This document shows, piece by piece, positions 11,777 to 23,023 of a stretch of 42,299 nt of DNA. The translations under genes and the position numbers were made by a program. This DNA is from an uncultured bacterium (lineage in GTDB: Bacteria > Actinomycetota > Actinomycetes > S36-B12). The stretch covers positions 1 through 42,299 of the forward strand of contig CAIZPS010000242.1 in the NCBI GenBank assembly GCA_903934925.1, in the 5' to 3' direction. Under the pieces are notes generated by a model. It was not told the DNA's origin. It did no database searches and worked only from the letters and a program-made list of their open reading frames with translations. Numbering within the stretch: position 1 is the stretch's first letter; each line of letters begins with the position of its first letter.

Positions 11777-14551
11777 TCAGACCTTCCTGGGCTTCTCGCG
11801 CATCTCGAAGGTCTCGATGACATCGTCGACCTTGATGTCCTGGTAGTTGCCCAGGTTGATGCCGCACTCGAAGCCCTCACGGACCTCCGTAACGTCGTCC
11901 TTGAAGCGACGCACACCTGCCAGGGTGAGATCCTCGGCGACGACGGCCCCGTCACGAATGAGCCGCGCCTTGGCGTTCCGGCGAACCTCACCCGAACGCA
12001 CGAGGCAGCCAGCGATAGTGCCGAACTTCGAGGACTTGAAGACCTCGCGCACCTCGGCCGTGCCGAGCTGGAACTCCTCGAACTCGGGCTTGAGCATGCC
12101 GCGGAGGGCTGCCTCGACCTCCTCGATGGCCTGGTAGATGACGCTGTAGTAGCGGACGTCAACGCCTTCCTCGTTGGCGAGTTCGGCGACCTTGCCCTCG
12201 GGACGGACATTGAAGCCGATGATGACGGCCTTGGAGGCGCTGGCCAGCGTGACATCGTTCTTGTTGATGGCGCCGACCCCACGGTGGATGACCCTGAGGT
12301 TCACTTCCTCGCCCACGTCGATCTTGAGCAGGGCGTCCTCGAGCGCCTCGACGGAACCGGACACGTCACCCTTGATGATGAGGGTGAGCTCGGCGACCTC
12401 GCCCTTCTCCAGGGACTCCAGGAAGTCCTCGAGGGAGCGCTTGACGCGATTGCGAGCCAGGAGAGCGTTGCGCTCTCGCGCCTGCCTCGTCTGTGCGATC
12501 TGGCGCGCCACGCGATCCTCCGGCACCACCATGAAGCTATCGCCGGCACTCGGCACCGAGGTGAGGCCGAGAACCTGCACCGGCATCGACGGACCGGCTT
12601 CATCAACCGGATTGCCGTCGTCGTCGAGCATCGCTCGAACTCGGCCGAAGGCGTCGCCCGCGACGATGGAGTCGCCCGGTCGCAGCGTTCCGCGCTGGAC
12701 GAGCACCGTGGCAACCGGGCCACGACCACGGTCGAGGTGGGCCTCGATCGCAACACCCTGGGCATCCTGAACCGGGTTGGCGCGCAGATCGAGAGCGGCA
12801 TCGGCCGTGAGAAGTACCGCTTCGAGCAGCTCCTCGAGCCCAGTGCCCTTGATCGCGGACACGTCGACGAACATGGTGTCGCCGCCGTACTCCTCGGCAA
12901 CCAGCCCATACTCCGTCAGCTGCCCTCGCACCTTCTGGGGATCAGCGCCCTCCTTGTCGACCTTGTTCACCGCCACCACGATCGGAACGCCGGCGGCCTG
13001 CGCGTGGTTCAGTGCCTCGATCGTCTGCGGCTTGACACCATCGTCAGCCGCAACGACCAGGATCGAGATGTCGGTCACCTGGGCGCCACGTGCACGCATC
13101 GCCGTGAATGCCTCGTGACCCGGCGTGTCGATGAAGGTGATCCGTCGCTCCGATCCATCGGACGTCCGAGTGCCGACCTGGTAGGCGCCGATGTGCTGCG
13201 TGATGCCACCCGCCTCCCCACTGACGACGTTGGTCGACCGGATGGCGTCCAGCAGTCTGGTCTTGCCGTGGTCCACGTGACCCATGACCGTCACGACCGG
13301 CGGACGGATCTCAAGGTCCTCCTCCTCGCCCTCGTGCTCGCCGAACTCCAGATCGAAGGATTCGAGTAGCTCACGATCCTCGTCCTCCGGCGACACCACC
13401 TGAACGTCGTAGTTCAACTCGCTGCCCAGAAGACGCAGGGTGTCGTCGTCGATCGACTGGGTCGCCGTGACCATCTCACCCAGCCCGATGAGGACCTTGA
13501 CGAGGTCCGCCGGCATCGCGTCGATGCGCTCAGCGAAGTCCGTGAGGCTGGCCCCACGGGGCAGCCGGACCAGTTCGCCGCCGCCTCGCTTGATCCGCAC
13601 ACCGTCCATGACGGGTGCCTGCATGTTGTCGAACTCCTGGCGCTTCGCACGCTTGGACTTCCGGCCACGCGACGGACGTCCGCCAGGCTTGCCGAAGGCA
13701 CCCGCGGTAGTGCCACGTCCACCAGGGCCACCAGCACGACCACCGGGTCCACCGGGACGACCGCCCGGACCTCCGGGACCACCGGGACCTGCCGGTCCGC
13801 CCGGGCCACCGGGACCACCAGGACCCCGACCGAACCCACCGGGACCACCAGGACCGCCAGGACGACTCCCCGGACCTCCCGGGCCACGGCCGAACCCTCC
13901 GGGGCCTCCCGGGCCACCAGGACGAATCCCCGGGCCTCCGGGACCTCCGGGACGCGAGCCCGGGCCTGCCGGCCGCTGAGGTCGGGGGATCATCGTTCCG
14001 GGGTTGGGCCGCGGAGCGCCAGGCACCGCGGGAGCCGGGCGTCCCATGCCGGTGCCCGGACCGCTGCTGAAGGGGTTGTTGCCAGGACGCGGACCCGTGG
14101 GTCGACCCATCCCGGTTCCGGTGCCGAAGGGGTTGTTGCCCGGGCGAGGACCGGCAGGTCGAGTCGCGGGACGGGGGGCCGACGCATCCGCGGCGGACAC
14201 CTCGGCGGCGGGCGCCTCCTCGGACGGTGCCGGAGCGGGCTCAGGCTCCACGGGGGCCGGGCTGGCCGGCGGGGCGACAGGGGCCGCTTCAGCCGGAGCG
14301 GCGACGGCGGCCTCCACGGGACTGACGACGGCGCCCTCGTCCGTAGCAGCCTTCTTGGCGGCTGGCTTGCGCTTGGGGGCGGCCTGCTCAGCGGCCGGTG
14401 GCATGGCCTCGCGGAGCCGCCGTGCGACGGGCGCCTCGACGGTGGACGACGCCGACTTCACGAACTCGCCCATGTCCTGCAGCTTGGCGAGGACGTCCTT
14501 GCTGGTTACCCCGAGCTCTTTGGCGAGCTCATGGACCCGAACCTTCGACAC
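11777..14551 (-). CDS. infB: Translation initiation factor IF-2
   Basis: [13 protein letters not shown]-terminus, [16 protein letters not shown] and NKVD motifs; Pro/Gly-rich linker. Confidence 0.99.
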   Translation of the reverse strand: MSKVRVHELAKELGVTSKDVLAKLQDMGEFVKSASSTVEAPVARRLREAMPPAAEQAAPKRKPAAKKAATDEGAVVSPVEAAVAAPAEAAPVAPPASPAPVEPEPAPAPSEEAPAAEVSAADASAPRPATRPAGPRPGNNPFGTGTGMGRPTGPRPGNNPFSSGPGTGMGRPAPAVPGAPRPNPGTMIPRPQRPAGPGSRPGGPGGPGIRPGGPGGPGGFGRGPGGPGSRPGGPGGPGGFGRGPGGPGGPGGPAGPGGPGGPGGRPGGPGGRAGGPGGRGTTAGAFGKPGGRPSRGRKSKRAKRQEFDNMQAPVMDGVRIKRGGGELVRLPRGASLTDFAERIDAMPADLVKVLIGLGEMVTATQSIDDDTLRLLGSELNYDVQVVSPEDEDRELLESFDLEFGEHEGEEEDLEIRPPVVTVMGHVDHGKTRLLDAIRSTNVVSGEAGGITQHIGAYQVGTRTSDGSERRITFIDTPGHEAFTAMRARGAQVTDISILVVAADDGVKPQTIEALNHAQAAGVPIVVAVNKVDKEGADPQKVRGQLTEYGLVAEEYGGDTMFVDVSAIKGTGLEELLEAVLLTADAALDLRANPVQDAQGVAIEAHLDRGRGPVATVLVQRGTLRPGDSIVAGDAFGRVRAMLDDDGNPVDEAGPSMPVQVLGLTSVPSAGDSFMVVPEDRVARQIAQTRQARERNALLARNRVKRSLEDFLESLEKGEVAELTLIIKGDVSGSVEALEDALLKIDVGEEVNLRVIHRGVGAINKNDVTLASASKAVIIGFNVRPEGKVAELANEEGVDVRYYSVIYQAIEEVEAALRGMLKPEFEEFQLGTAEVREVFKSSKFGTIAGCLVRSGEVRRNAKARLIRDGAVVAEDLTLAGVRRFKDDVTEVREGFECGINLGNYQDIKVDDVIETFEMREKPRKV

Positions 14552-14624
14552 GACTCTCCTGTCTTGGTCCGGGCAGGGTGCTCCGGACCGTCAGTGCATG
14601 CGATACACGTTCATGCTCGCGCGC

Positions 14625-15002
14625 TCATGGGGTGTTCATCCTCGAACTCCCGGTCCGCTCGACCGACGACCCTCGCCGGTGCCGTTCGTCCCCGGCGGGC
14701 GCCGGGAACGGCCTTGCCAGACTGACGTCCACTGCCTCCCGCAGCGCGCTGACATCCAGCTTCCCGACCACCCGCAATGCGCGGGACAGGGCCTTGGAAC
14801 GCTCAGCACGATCCAGACACTGCTTGGCCGGGTGCACGTGCGCACCGCGTCCGGGCAGTCTCCGCGGTGGATCAGGGATCACCCTGCCCTCCACGGCCAC
14901 CACCCTGATGAGGGAGGAAGCGTTGGCCCGCTCGCGGCACCCGACGCACATGCGCTGGGGGCCTGCCGTACTGACCGGCTCCGAGTGTACTCCTTCGCCC
15001 AC
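14625..15002 (-). CDS. ylxR: YlxR/RnpM family RNA-binding protein
   Basis: PQRMCVGCR and GRGAHVHP..C motifs; located between nusA and infB. Start uncertain. Confidence 0.85.
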   Translation of the reverse strand: MGEGVHSEPVSTAGPQRMCVGCRERANASSLIRVVAVEGRVIPDPPRRLPGRGAHVHPAKQCLDRAERSKALSRALRVVGKLDVSALREAVDVSLARPFPAPAGDERHRRGSSVERTGSSRMNTP

Positions 15003-15007
15003 GGAGG

Positions 15008-16045
15008 TCAGTCCACCGCCGCAATGGACCCCGGTGGCGATTCCACGGTGGACTCGCCCGCGGGGGCCGACTGCCCGCCAGTGGGCGTGTCGGGACGGAT
15101 ATCGATGCGCCAGCCCGTCAGGCGGGCCGCCAGCCGGGCATTCTGTCCCTCACGGCCGATCGCGAGGGACAACTGGTAGTCCGGAACGATGACGCGGGCG
15201 GCACGGGCCACCGGATCCACCACCTGGACGCTCACGACACGTGCAGGCGACAACGCGTGGGCGATCATCTCAGCGGGGTCCTCGCTGCTGTCGACGATGT
15301 CGATCTTCTCGCCGTTGAGTTCCGACATCACCTGCCGGACCCGCTGCCCCAGAGGCCCGATGCAGGCACCCTTGGCATTGACCCCCAGGACGTTGGAGCG
15401 CACGGCAATCTTCGAGCGGTGACCGGCCTCGCGGGCGATCGCAGTGATCTCCACCGTTCCGTCGGCAATCTCGGGAACCTCCAAGGCGAACAGCTTCTTC
15501 ACCAGATTCGGATGCGTACGCGAAACCGTCACCTGTGGACCCTTGAATCCGCGACGCACTCCCGTGACCACGCACTTGATTCGCGTGCCGTGGGGGTACG
15601 ACTCACCGGGTGCCTGCTCCTCCGGCGGGAGATTCGCCTCCACCTTGCCGATGTCGACACGGATCATCCTTGGATTGCTGGACTGCTGAACGACCCCCGA
15701 CACGAGATCACCCTCGCGCCCGGTGAACTCCGACATCGTGACGTCACCCTCGGCCTCACGAAGACGGGCCAGCAGTACTTGCTTGGCCGTCATGGCGGCA
15801 ATGCGGCCGAAACCGTCTGGTGTGTCGTCGTATTCGCGCAGCGTGATGTCGTCATCATCCGTCTCAGCGGCCCAGACAGTCACATGCCCGGTCTTGCGAT
15901 CGAGGGTCACCCGCGCCTTGGAGGCAGCTCCATCAGTGCGGTGGTACGCCACGAGAAGAGCCTGCTCGATGGTCTCGACCACGAGGTCGAGCGACAGATC
16001 CTTCTCCCGTACAAGCGCCTTGAGCGCACTGACATCGATGTCCAC
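15008..16045 (-). CDS. nusA: Transcription termination factor NusA
   Basis: [18 protein letters not shown] and [24 protein letters not shown] motifs. Confidence 0.99.
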   Translation of the reverse strand: MDIDVSALKALVREKDLSLDLVVETIEQALLVAYHRTDGAASKARVTLDRKTGHVTVWAAETDDDDITLREYDDTPDGFGRIAAMTAKQVLLARLREAEGDVTMSEFTGREGDLVSGVVQQSSNPRMIRVDIGKVEANLPPEEQAPGESYPHGTRIKCVVTGVRRGFKGPQVTVSRTHPNLVKKLFALEVPEIADGTVEITAIAREAGHRSKIAVRSNVLGVNAKGACIGPLGQRVRQVMSELNGEKIDIVDSSEDPAEMIAHALSPARVVSVQVVDPVARAARVIVPDYQLSLAIGREGQNARLAARLTGWRIDIRPDTPTGGQSAPAGESTVESPPGSIAAVD

Positions 16046-16047
16046 CT

Positions 16048-16530
16048 CTAGTCCCCTGACTCCACACTTGTCTCTCGATTGAACTCGACCTGGACGACGG
16101 CACGCACGACATCCGCACGCGGCACCGAGTGGCGCTCTCCATCCACGGTGACCTCGACCGTCTCGTCATCCGGGACGTCGAGAATGCGGCCCTCGAGACT
16201 CGCGCCGTCCCGCAGCTCGATGCGGACGAGGCGATCCACGGCCCGCCGCCAATGACGCGTCTGAGTCAGCGGCCGATCGACGCCCGGTGAAGTCACCTCG
16301 AGCACGAACGCGCCGTCGATGACGCTCGCGAGAGGCTCCTCATCCAGCAGCTGGGAGACGCGACTGCTCACAGCCGCCACGAGGTCGAGATCGACTCCGC
16401 CATCACGATCCACGACGACACGGACGAGTTCACGACGACCTGCACGGCTGACCTCTACGTCCTCGAGGTCCACACCCAGATCGGACAGAGGTGCAGCAAG
16501 ACCCGCGAGGAGCGCCTGTCGAATGGTCAT
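16048..16530 (-). CDS. rimP: Ribosome maturation factor RimP
   Basis: [10 protein letters not shown] and [12 protein letters not shown] motifs; RBS GGAGG before ATG 16530. Confidence 0.95.
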   Translation of the reverse strand: MTIRQALLAGLAAPLSDLGVDLEDVEVSRAGRRELVRVVVDRDGGVDLDLVAAVSSRVSQLLDEEPLASVIDGAFVLEVTSPGVDRPLTQTRHWRRAVDRLVRIELRDGASLEGRILDVPDDETVEVTVDGERHSVPRADVVRAVVQVEFNRETSVESGD

Positions 16531-16641
16531 CGCCGTCCTCCCGGATTCTGTTGTCGCCACACGGTTGTGCGCGAAGAACCACGGTCTCGCGAGTCCTGTG
16601 CGCGTTGCCCCACTGTACCGAGTGCGTGCCATCCTTGGCAC

Positions 16642-17160
16642 ATGACGAGCCCGACGACCCCCCGCACGGGCGCATTCCTCATCACCCGCCGCCGGGGACT
16701 CGGACTTCTCGCTGCCACGCTCCCCATGGGGCTGCTCACCGCATGCGGGGACGCCACGAGCACATCCGCTCCAGCGACCACCCGTGAGGCGACGACGGGG
16801 CCCACACTCACCCAGCGGGTGACGGCCGACGAGGCAGCACTCGTTGCTCTGTACGACGCCGCACTTCAGGTCCTGTCGGCGAACGATGGTCCACTCAGAC
16901 CACTCCTGGAGACGATCCGCGACCAGCACGCACAGCATCTGGCCGCCCTGAACACCGACGGAGTCGAGGTGCCGCAGACACCGGGTCCGGTCTCCTCCGA
17001 TGGCGTTCCCGTTTCTGCGCTCATCGAGGCCGAGCTGGCAGCCGCCAAGCGGAGGATCCGCGACTGCACGGAGGCCCAGGACCCCGGCCTCGCCCGCCTC
17101 CTCGCCTTCATCGGGGCGTCCGAAGCAAGCCATGTGCCGGCCCTGAGGAGCGTGACATGA
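16642..17160 (+). CDS. Putative Tat-exported lipoprotein with ferritin-like fold
   Basis: TRRRGL twin-arginine, LTAC lipobox, QHAQHLAAL and ARLLAFIGASEASH; conserved position opposite rimP. Confidence 0.75.
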   Translation: MTSPTTPRTGAFLITRRRGLGLLAATLPMGLLTACGDATSTSAPATTREATTGPTLTQRVTADEAALVALYDAALQVLSANDGPLRPLLETIRDQHAQHLAALNTDGVEVPQTPGPVSSDGVPVSALIEAELAAAKRRIRDCTEAQDPGLARLLAFIGASEASHVPALRSVT

Positions 17161-17567
17161 CACCCGCCGAGGCCTGGGCATCCGTGGTGGCCGGGGAGGA
17201 CGCCGCCATCTACGCCTACTCCGTGGCTGGGGCACGGGTGCCGGCCGCGGACCGCCGGCGAGCGCGGGCTGCCATGGACGCACATCGCGAGCGCCGAGCC
17301 CGCGCCTCCGCTCTGGTCAGCGCCGCCGGCGGCACACCTCCGCCGCCCGGTGCGGCCTACGCACTCCCCGAGGAAGTCGCCCGGCCCCGTATCGCAGCGC
17401 GATTGCTGGCCGAGGTCGACAACGCTCTCGTCGCGGTCTACGCGGACGCGGCGGGCGCCAGTATCGGATCGGATCGGCGCTGGGCTGCCCGATGCGCCGC
17501 CGACTGTGCGGCGAGCGCCGTGGCCTGGGGCGCCACGCCCCAGGCCTTCCCGCAGAGCACGGCCTAG
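17157..17567 (+). CDS. DUF4439 ferritin-like domain protein
   Basis: EDAAIYAYSV, AHRERR, AAYALP and WGA...AFP motifs. Confidence 0.8.
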   Translation: MTPAEAWASVVAGEDAAIYAYSVAGARVPAADRRRARAAMDAHRERRARASALVSAAGGTPPPPGAAYALPEEVARPRIAARLLAEVDNALVAVYADAAGASIGSDRRWAARCAADCAASAVAWGATPQAFPQSTA

Positions 17568-18349
17568 GGCAGCAGGTCCCACGCGAGTTTGAGGATGAGC
17601 ACGCCCACCACAGCGAGGAACACCCACCGCACGAACGCGCTTCCGCGTTTGATGGCTGCACGTGCACCGAGAATTCCGCCAAGGACATTTCCCAGGGCCA
17701 TGAACGCGCCCAGAACCCACAGGACGGAACCCGTTGCAGCGAACACGACCATGGCCGCGGCGTTCGTGCCGAGATTGACCACCTTTGCCGTGACCGATGC
17801 ATTGAGGAAGGAGTAGCCCAGCACGCCTACGAGCAGGATCAGCAGGAAGGAGCCTGTGCCGGGACCGAGGATTCCGTCGTAGAAGCCAATGACGAGACCC
17901 CCCGCCGTGGCGATCGCGTAGTGCCGCTTCCGACCGGACCAGCGCAGTTGCTGCTCCATGCCCATCGAAGGCCGCAGCAGAGTCCACAGCCATACGAGGA
18001 TCAACAGGATGACGATGACCGGACGAAACACTTCGGCTGGGACAGCACGAGCCGTGAACGCTCCCATGGCGCTTCCCACGATCGCCGCCACGACCATCGG
18101 CAAAGCCGTCCTGATGTCGGGTCTCACTCGGCGCGTGTACGTGTAGGTGGCAGCGCTGGTCCCCGCAATGCTGGACGCCTTGTTGGTCGCGAGCGCCTGG
18201 ACAGGCTCAGCCTCCGGCACCGCCAGCAGCAGTGCTGGCAACTGCAGGAGACCCCCTCCCCCGGCGACTGCATCGACCCAGCCCGCAGCGAAGGCCACCA
18301 CCACCAGGAGAACGAGCGTGCCCGTGTCCGGCAGCGCGAGTGCGTCCAC
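17564..18349 (-). CDS. TSUP/TauE-SafE family transporter
   Basis: AGWVDAVAGGGGL, ALATNK and GFYDGILGPGTGSFL motifs. Confidence 0.93.
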   Translation of the reverse strand: MDALALPDTGTLVLLVVVAFAAGWVDAVAGGGGLLQLPALLLAVPEAEPVQALATNKASSIAGTSAATYTYTRRVRPDIRTALPMVVAAIVGSAMGAFTARAVPAEVFRPVIVILLILVWLWTLLRPSMGMEQQLRWSGRKRHYAIATAGGLVIGFYDGILGPGTGSFLLILLVGVLGYSFLNASVTAKVVNLGTNAAAMVVFAATGSVLWVLGAFMALGNVLGGILGARAAIKRGSAFVRWVFLAVVGVLILKLAWDLLP

Positions 18350-18351
18350 CG

Positions 18352-19065
18352 CTACTGCCAGGACCGCACGATACGCAGGACATCCAGGAGCTCGTGTGCC
18401 GTAGCGTCGGGAAGCACAGTCGCGTCAGGGATCTCCTCGTCCGGCACATTCGAGTGCGGAATCAGGATCGTGCGCATGCCCACACGCGCCGCCCCCGCGA
18501 TGTCATCCCAGAGGCGATCCCCGACGAAGACGGACTCATCGGCGGAAACGTCCAAGGAGTCAAGTACCGCCAGGAACGCATCACTGTGGGGCTTGGCCAC
18601 AGACATCTCACTGGTGAAGAACGCACAGTCGAACAGGTCATCGAGGTCATCGCGCCGGAAGACCTCGAGGTGATGAGCACTCGGCCACATCGTGTTGCTG
18701 AGCACGCCGATTCGGCAATCGCTGGAACGTAGTCCCTCGAGCACGGCGCGTGCCTGCGGATCGGCGTACGTATGGGGGCTCCAGAAGTCCAGGTAGCAGC
18801 CCAGCGCACGTAGATGCCGCGCCTGCGTGGTGTCGATGCCCTCATCCAGGAATATCTGGTCAAGCGCGCCAGCTGGCTCCGCACCTTCTGACTCCCGCTG
18901 CACGCGCCAGCGTCTGACCTCGGCCTCAGCGAGCCGATGGGCCAGCGCACTGGCGTGTTCGGGGTCGTAGATTTCCGCATACGCGTACCACTGCGACACG
19001 AGCTCGATGTCGTGCCAGGGCGTCAGCGTTCCACCCCAGTCGAACACCACTGCCCGGACGGTCAC
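18352..19065 (-). CDS. HAD-superfamily hydrolase
   Basis: Motif I FDWGGTL, LSNT, KP and FVGDRLWDD. Confidence 0.92.
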   Translation of the reverse strand: MTVRAVVFDWGGTLTPWHDIELVSQWYAYAEIYDPEHASALAHRLAEAEVRRWRVQRESEGAEPAGALDQIFLDEGIDTTQARHLRALGCYLDFWSPHTYADPQARAVLEGLRSSDCRIGVLSNTMWPSAHHLEVFRRDDLDDLFDCAFFTSEMSVAKPHSDAFLAVLDSLDVSADESVFVGDRLWDDIAGAARVGMRTILIPHSNVPDEEIPDATVLPDATAHELLDVLRIVRSWQ

Positions 19066-19066
19066 G

Positions 19067-20836
19067 TCAAGCCGCCACGATCGTTCGGATCACCTCGACA
19101 ACATCGTCCACGGGGATGTCCTGACGCTCTCCTGAGCGGCGATCCTTCACCTCGACGAATCCCTCTTCGAGCCGCTTTCCAACTACGACGATCGTGGGCA
19201 CACCGAGCAGTTCCGAGTCGTTGAACTTGACGCCCGGAGAGACACCACGGCGATCGTCGAACAGGACGCGCACCCCATGCGCGGACAGCGCGTCAGCAAG
19301 TCGCTCCGCAACACCGAATACCTCATCTGACTTGCCTGTGGCGATCAGGTGAATGTCAGCCGGTGCCACTTCCCTCGGCCAGATCAGCCCTTTCTCATCG
19401 TGGGACTGCTCGGCGATGGCTGCAACGGCCCTGGACACACCGATCCCATACGACCCCATGGTCACGGTCACAAGCCTGCCGCTCTCGTCAAGAACCTTGA
19501 GGTCGAGCGCCTCCGCGTACTTGCGACCCAGCTGGAAGATGTGCCCGATCTCGATTCCACGGGCGAGCAAGAGATCGGATCCGCACTCTGGGCAGGCATC
19601 GCCCTCACGCACCTCAGCCACATCGATGACACCGTCACCCGTGAAGTCGCGTCCGGCCACAAGGTCGAACACATGACGGCCGGGCTCATTCGCGCCGGTG
19701 ATCCACCTGGTTCCATCGACCACCCGCGGGTCGAGCAGGTAGCGGATTCCCGACGACGACGTTTCACCGAGGGCTCCGGGCCCGATGTACCCCTTCACCA
19801 GACTCGAGCGTGCCGCGAAGTCGTTCTCGTCGAATACCGCCGCCACCCCAGGCTGCAGGGCAGCCTCGAGCCGCTTCATGTCGATCTCCCGATCACCCGG
19901 CACGCCGATGGCCAGAGGGGCACGGACTCCGTCGGGAGCCGTCACCATGAATACGACGTTCTTGAGCGTGTCGCCGGCGTTCCACGGACGATCCGCGCGA
20001 GCGAGGTCCGTTCGCGCATTTGAGAGGTCGACCAGAGTCTCGATCGTGGGTGTCTCCGGTGTCTGCTCAACATGCGCAGCAGGAACGCCTGTGGGATCCA
20101 CGGGGCTCGGCGCGGGTGTCAGCACTGCCTCGACGTTCGCGGCGTAATCACAGCTAGAGCAGCGGACGAACGAGTCCTCACCCACCTCGGTGGGAGCAAG
20201 GAATTCCTCGCTCGCCGAACCCCCCATGGCGCCGGACATGGCCGAGACGATGACGAAATCCATCCCGAGGCGCTGGAAGGTCGAGATGTAGGCGTCACGG
20301 TGACGCTGGTAGGAGCGGGCCAGTCCCTCATCATCGATGTCGAAGGAGTAGGAGTCCTTCATGACGAACTCACGTCCGCGAAGGATGCCGGCACGAGGCC
20401 GTGCCTCGTCGCGGTACTTGCTCTGGATCTGGTAGATCACCAGCGGGAGATCCTTGTACGACGAGTACTCACCCTTGACGAGGAGCGTGAACATCTCCTC
20501 ATGAGTGGGACCGAGCAGGTAATCGCTCCCCTTGCGATCCTGAAGCCGGAAGAGAGTGTCACCGTATTCCGTCCACCGGTTCGTCTGCTCGTATGGCTCG
20601 CGCGGCAGCAGCGCTGGGAAGTGCACCTCCTGGAAGCCTGCGCGATCCATCTCATCACGAACGATGGCCTCGACGTTGCGGTACACCAGAAAGCCGAGCG
20701 GCAGCCAGGTGAAGACACCAGGGGCCACGCGACGGACATAGCCGCCTCGCACGAGCAGTCGATGGCTCGGCACCTCAGCATCGGCTGGGTCGTCGCGCAG
20801 GGTACGCAGGAACAGGGTGGACATCCGCAGGATCAC
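19067..20836 (-). CDS. proS: Proline--tRNA ligase
   Basis: [25 protein letters not shown] and [11 protein letters not shown] motifs; INS editing domain. Confidence 0.99.
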   Translation of the reverse strand: MILRMSTLFLRTLRDDPADAEVPSHRLLVRGGYVRRVAPGVFTWLPLGFLVYRNVEAIVRDEMDRAGFQEVHFPALLPREPYEQTNRWTEYGDTLFRLQDRKGSDYLLGPTHEEMFTLLVKGEYSSYKDLPLVIYQIQSKYRDEARPRAGILRGREFVMKDSYSFDIDDEGLARSYQRHRDAYISTFQRLGMDFVIVSAMSGAMGGSASEEFLAPTEVGEDSFVRCSSCDYAANVEAVLTPAPSPVDPTGVPAAHVEQTPETPTIETLVDLSNARTDLARADRPWNAGDTLKNVVFMVTAPDGVRAPLAIGVPGDREIDMKRLEAALQPGVAAVFDENDFAARSSLVKGYIGPGALGETSSSGIRYLLDPRVVDGTRWITGANEPGRHVFDLVAGRDFTGDGVIDVAEVREGDACPECGSDLLLARGIEIGHIFQLGRKYAEALDLKVLDESGRLVTVTMGSYGIGVSRAVAAIAEQSHDEKGLIWPREVAPADIHLIATGKSDEVFGVAERLADALSAHGVRVLFDDRRGVSPGVKFNDSELLGVPTIVVVGKRLEEGFVEVKDRRSGERQDIPVDDVVEVIRTIVAA

Positions 20837-20873
20837 GCGCCCACCCTAGCCACAGGGCGACCAATCTCCGCGA

Positions 20874-21725
20874 CTAGAACAGGACGGTGGCGAACTCCCC
20901 GTGCTGCCGGAACCCCACATTGTCGTAGCAACGGCGCGCTGCCGTGTTGTAGTCGTTCACGTACAGGGACACCGTCGGGGAGATGGATCGACGAGTGATC
21001 TCGACCAAGGCCGCCATGGCGGGCGCGGAGATTCCCTCTCCGCGTCGGGAGGGATCCACCCAGACACCCTGCACCTGGCAAGCCTGCTCGCTGGCCGCCC
21101 CCACCTCCGCCTTGAAGACGACGACGTCGTCCTCGCGACGAACAAACGATCTCCCCTGCTGTACGAGCTCGGCGATACGTGCACGGTAGGCAGCCCCCAT
21201 GCCCCCGGTCACGGGAGAGATACCCACCTCGGCAGTGAACATCGCAACACAGGCTGGCACAAGGATGTCGAGATCCTCGGCCCTGCTCACCCGCACGGCG
21301 CGGTCCGGCTCGAGATCAGAGTCGGTCGTCATCGCGAGCAAGGGCTGGTACTCCCGAATCTCCCGTGCGCGGCCCCATCTGTTCCGCAGGCGCTGCCATA
21401 GGTCAAGGACCTCATGCCGCGGACCCACGATGGACGATGACCGTCGGCCGGAGAGCCGAAGCCGCTGGGCGAACGCCTCGCGTGCGTCGTCATCCGAGCA
21501 TACCGGGACCAGATTGGCACCGCAGTAGAGCAGCGACGACAGCCCGCTGCTGGTGAAGTGCCCGAGCAGCTCACCCCCCATACGCCACGGGTCGAGACCA
21601 CCGCCGCGCACGCGAGAGGCCACGAAGCAGTGGGTCACCGGATCCGACGACAGCAGGGCCTCCACGGCCGGGAGGTCCATAGCCGACAGGCTTCGGACGG
21701 ATCCGACGTCGGCGAAGATCGTCAT
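20874..21725 (-). CDS. GNAT family N-acetyltransferase (DUF4081 N-terminal)
   Basis: QVQGVWVDPSRRGEG and SLYVNDYNTAARRCY motifs; conserved downstream of ispG. Confidence 0.9.
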   Translation of the reverse strand: MTIFADVGSVRSLSAMDLPAVEALLSSDPVTHCFVASRVRGGGLDPWRMGGELLGHFTSSGLSSLLYCGANLVPVCSDDDAREAFAQRLRLSGRRSSSIVGPRHEVLDLWQRLRNRWGRAREIREYQPLLAMTTDSDLEPDRAVRVSRAEDLDILVPACVAMFTAEVGISPVTGGMGAAYRARIAELVQQGRSFVRREDDVVVFKAEVGAASEQACQVQGVWVDPSRRGEGISAPAMAALVEITRRSISPTVSLYVNDYNTAARRCYDNVGFRQHGEFATVLF

Positions 21726-21727
21726 CG

Positions 21728-22885
21728 TCAGTCGACCGTCACGACCGGTGATCCCGCCTCACCACTCATCTGCTCCGCAAGGATCATCGCCTCTTCGATC
21801 AGCGTCTCGACGATCTGCGACTCAGGGACCGTCTTGATGACCTCGCCGCGCACGAAGATCTGCCCTTTGCCGTTGCCCGATGCAACGCCGAGGTCGGCTT
21901 CCCGCGCCTCGCCGGGTCCATTCACGACGCAGCCCATGACGGCCACGCGAAGCGGAACCTCAAGGCCTTCGAGTCCTGCCGTGACCTGCTCCGCAAGTGT
22001 GTAGACGTCGACTTGCGCGCGTCCGCAGGACGGGCAGGACACGATCTCGAGTCCGCGCTGCCTGAGGTTCAATGATTCCAGGATCGCAATTCCGACCTTG
22101 ACCTCTTCGACCGGAGGTGCCGACAGCGACACCCGAATCGTGTCGCCGATCCCGCGGCTCAGCAGGCCTCCGAAGGCAACTGCCGACTTGATCGTGCCCT
22201 GGAAGGCTGGACCAGCCTCGGTCACGCCTAGGTGCAGTGGGTAGTCGCACTGCTCTGCCAACTGCATGTACGCCTGCATCATCACGACGGGATCGTGGTG
22301 CTTGACGGAGATCTTGATGTCGCGGAAATCGTGCTCCTCGAACAGCGACGCCTCCCAGAGGGCCGACTCCACAAGCGCCTCGGGTGTGGCCTTCCCGTAC
22401 TTGTCCATCAGCCGCTTGTCGAGGGAACCTGCGTTGACTCCGATGCGGATGGGAGTACCGGCATCCTTGGCAGCGCGGGCGATCTCACCGACCTTGTCGT
22501 CGAACTGCTTGATGTTGCCCGGGTTCACTCGCACCCCGGCGCAGCCGGCATCGATGGCGGCGAATACGTACTTGGGCTGGAAGTGGATGTCGGCGATCAC
22601 CGGGATGCCGCTCTTGCGCGCGATCTGAGGCAGCGCGTCGGCGTCGTCCTGGCTCGGGACCGCCACGCGAACGACCTGGCAGCCGGACGCGGTGAGCTCA
22701 GCGATCTGCTGAAGGGTCGCATTCACGTCCGAGGTGAGCGTCGTGCACATGGACTGGACGCTCACCGGCGCGCCGCCTCCCACCGTCACCGGATGAGTCG
22801 GATGACGCAGAAGGAGTGAGCGGGTCGGTCGCCTGGGCGCGACGACCGGCGCGGGGGCACTGGGAATTCCGAGGCTGACGGACAC
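21728..22885 (-). CDS. ispG: (E)-4-hydroxy-3-methylbut-2-enyl-diphosphate synthase
   Basis: [31 protein letters not shown] and [10 protein letters not shown] motifs. Confidence 0.98.
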   Translation of the reverse strand: MSVSLGIPSAPAPVVAPRRPTRSLLLRHPTHPVTVGGGAPVSVQSMCTTLTSDVNATLQQIAELTASGCQVVRVAVPSQDDADALPQIARKSGIPVIADIHFQPKYVFAAIDAGCAGVRVNPGNIKQFDDKVGEIARAAKDAGTPIRIGVNAGSLDKRLMDKYGKATPEALVESALWEASLFEEHDFRDIKISVKHHDPVVMMQAYMQLAEQCDYPLHLGVTEAGPAFQGTIKSAVAFGGLLSRGIGDTIRVSLSAPPVEEVKVGIAILESLNLRQRGLEIVSCPSCGRAQVDVYTLAEQVTAGLEGLEVPLRVAVMGCVVNGPGEAREADLGVASGNGKGQIFVRGEVIKTVPESQIVETLIEEAMILAEQMSGEAGSPVVTVD

Positions 22886-22934
22886 CCTCGCATTATGCCG
22901 GTATGCGGACGGCGTCGCCCTAGCGCGCGCCGTG

Positions 22935-23010
22935 CAGTGGCCACTCGGGGTGCCCAGTGGCCACTCGGGGTGCCCAGTGGCCACTCGCGGTGCCCAGTGG
23001 CCACTCGCGG
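22935..23010. repeat. Intergenic tandem repeat, 20-bp unit x3.8, each unit carrying the perfect palindrome AGTGGCCACT
   Basis: CAGTGGCCACTCG(G/C)GGTGCC at 22935, 22955 and 22975, with a partial copy at 22995. Confidence 0.95.
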
Positions 23011-23023
23011 GAAGGCGGGAGGG

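Noticed and set aside
11774-11777. Absence of DUF503 between infB and rbfA
   Set aside because: This gene is patchily distributed, so its absence is ordinary variation.
13700-14400. GGPGGP/GNNPF repeats as a separate repeat element or collagen-like gene (ORFs 13440-13979 and 14004-15179)
   Set aside because: This is the normal Pro/Gly-rich linker of actinobacterial IF-2; the plus-strand ORFs are antisense shadows.
16531-17283. Extended N-termini given by the ORF track (RimP 411 aa; likewise Dxr, PucR, PotC, RbfA, M16 peptidase, IspG, AzlC)
   Set aside because: The extensions overlap neighbouring genes; downstream starts have an SD or leaderless -10 and give family-typical lengths.
22935-23010. 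CRISPR array
   Set aside because: Units are contiguous and nearly identical with no unique spacers, and there are no cas genes.
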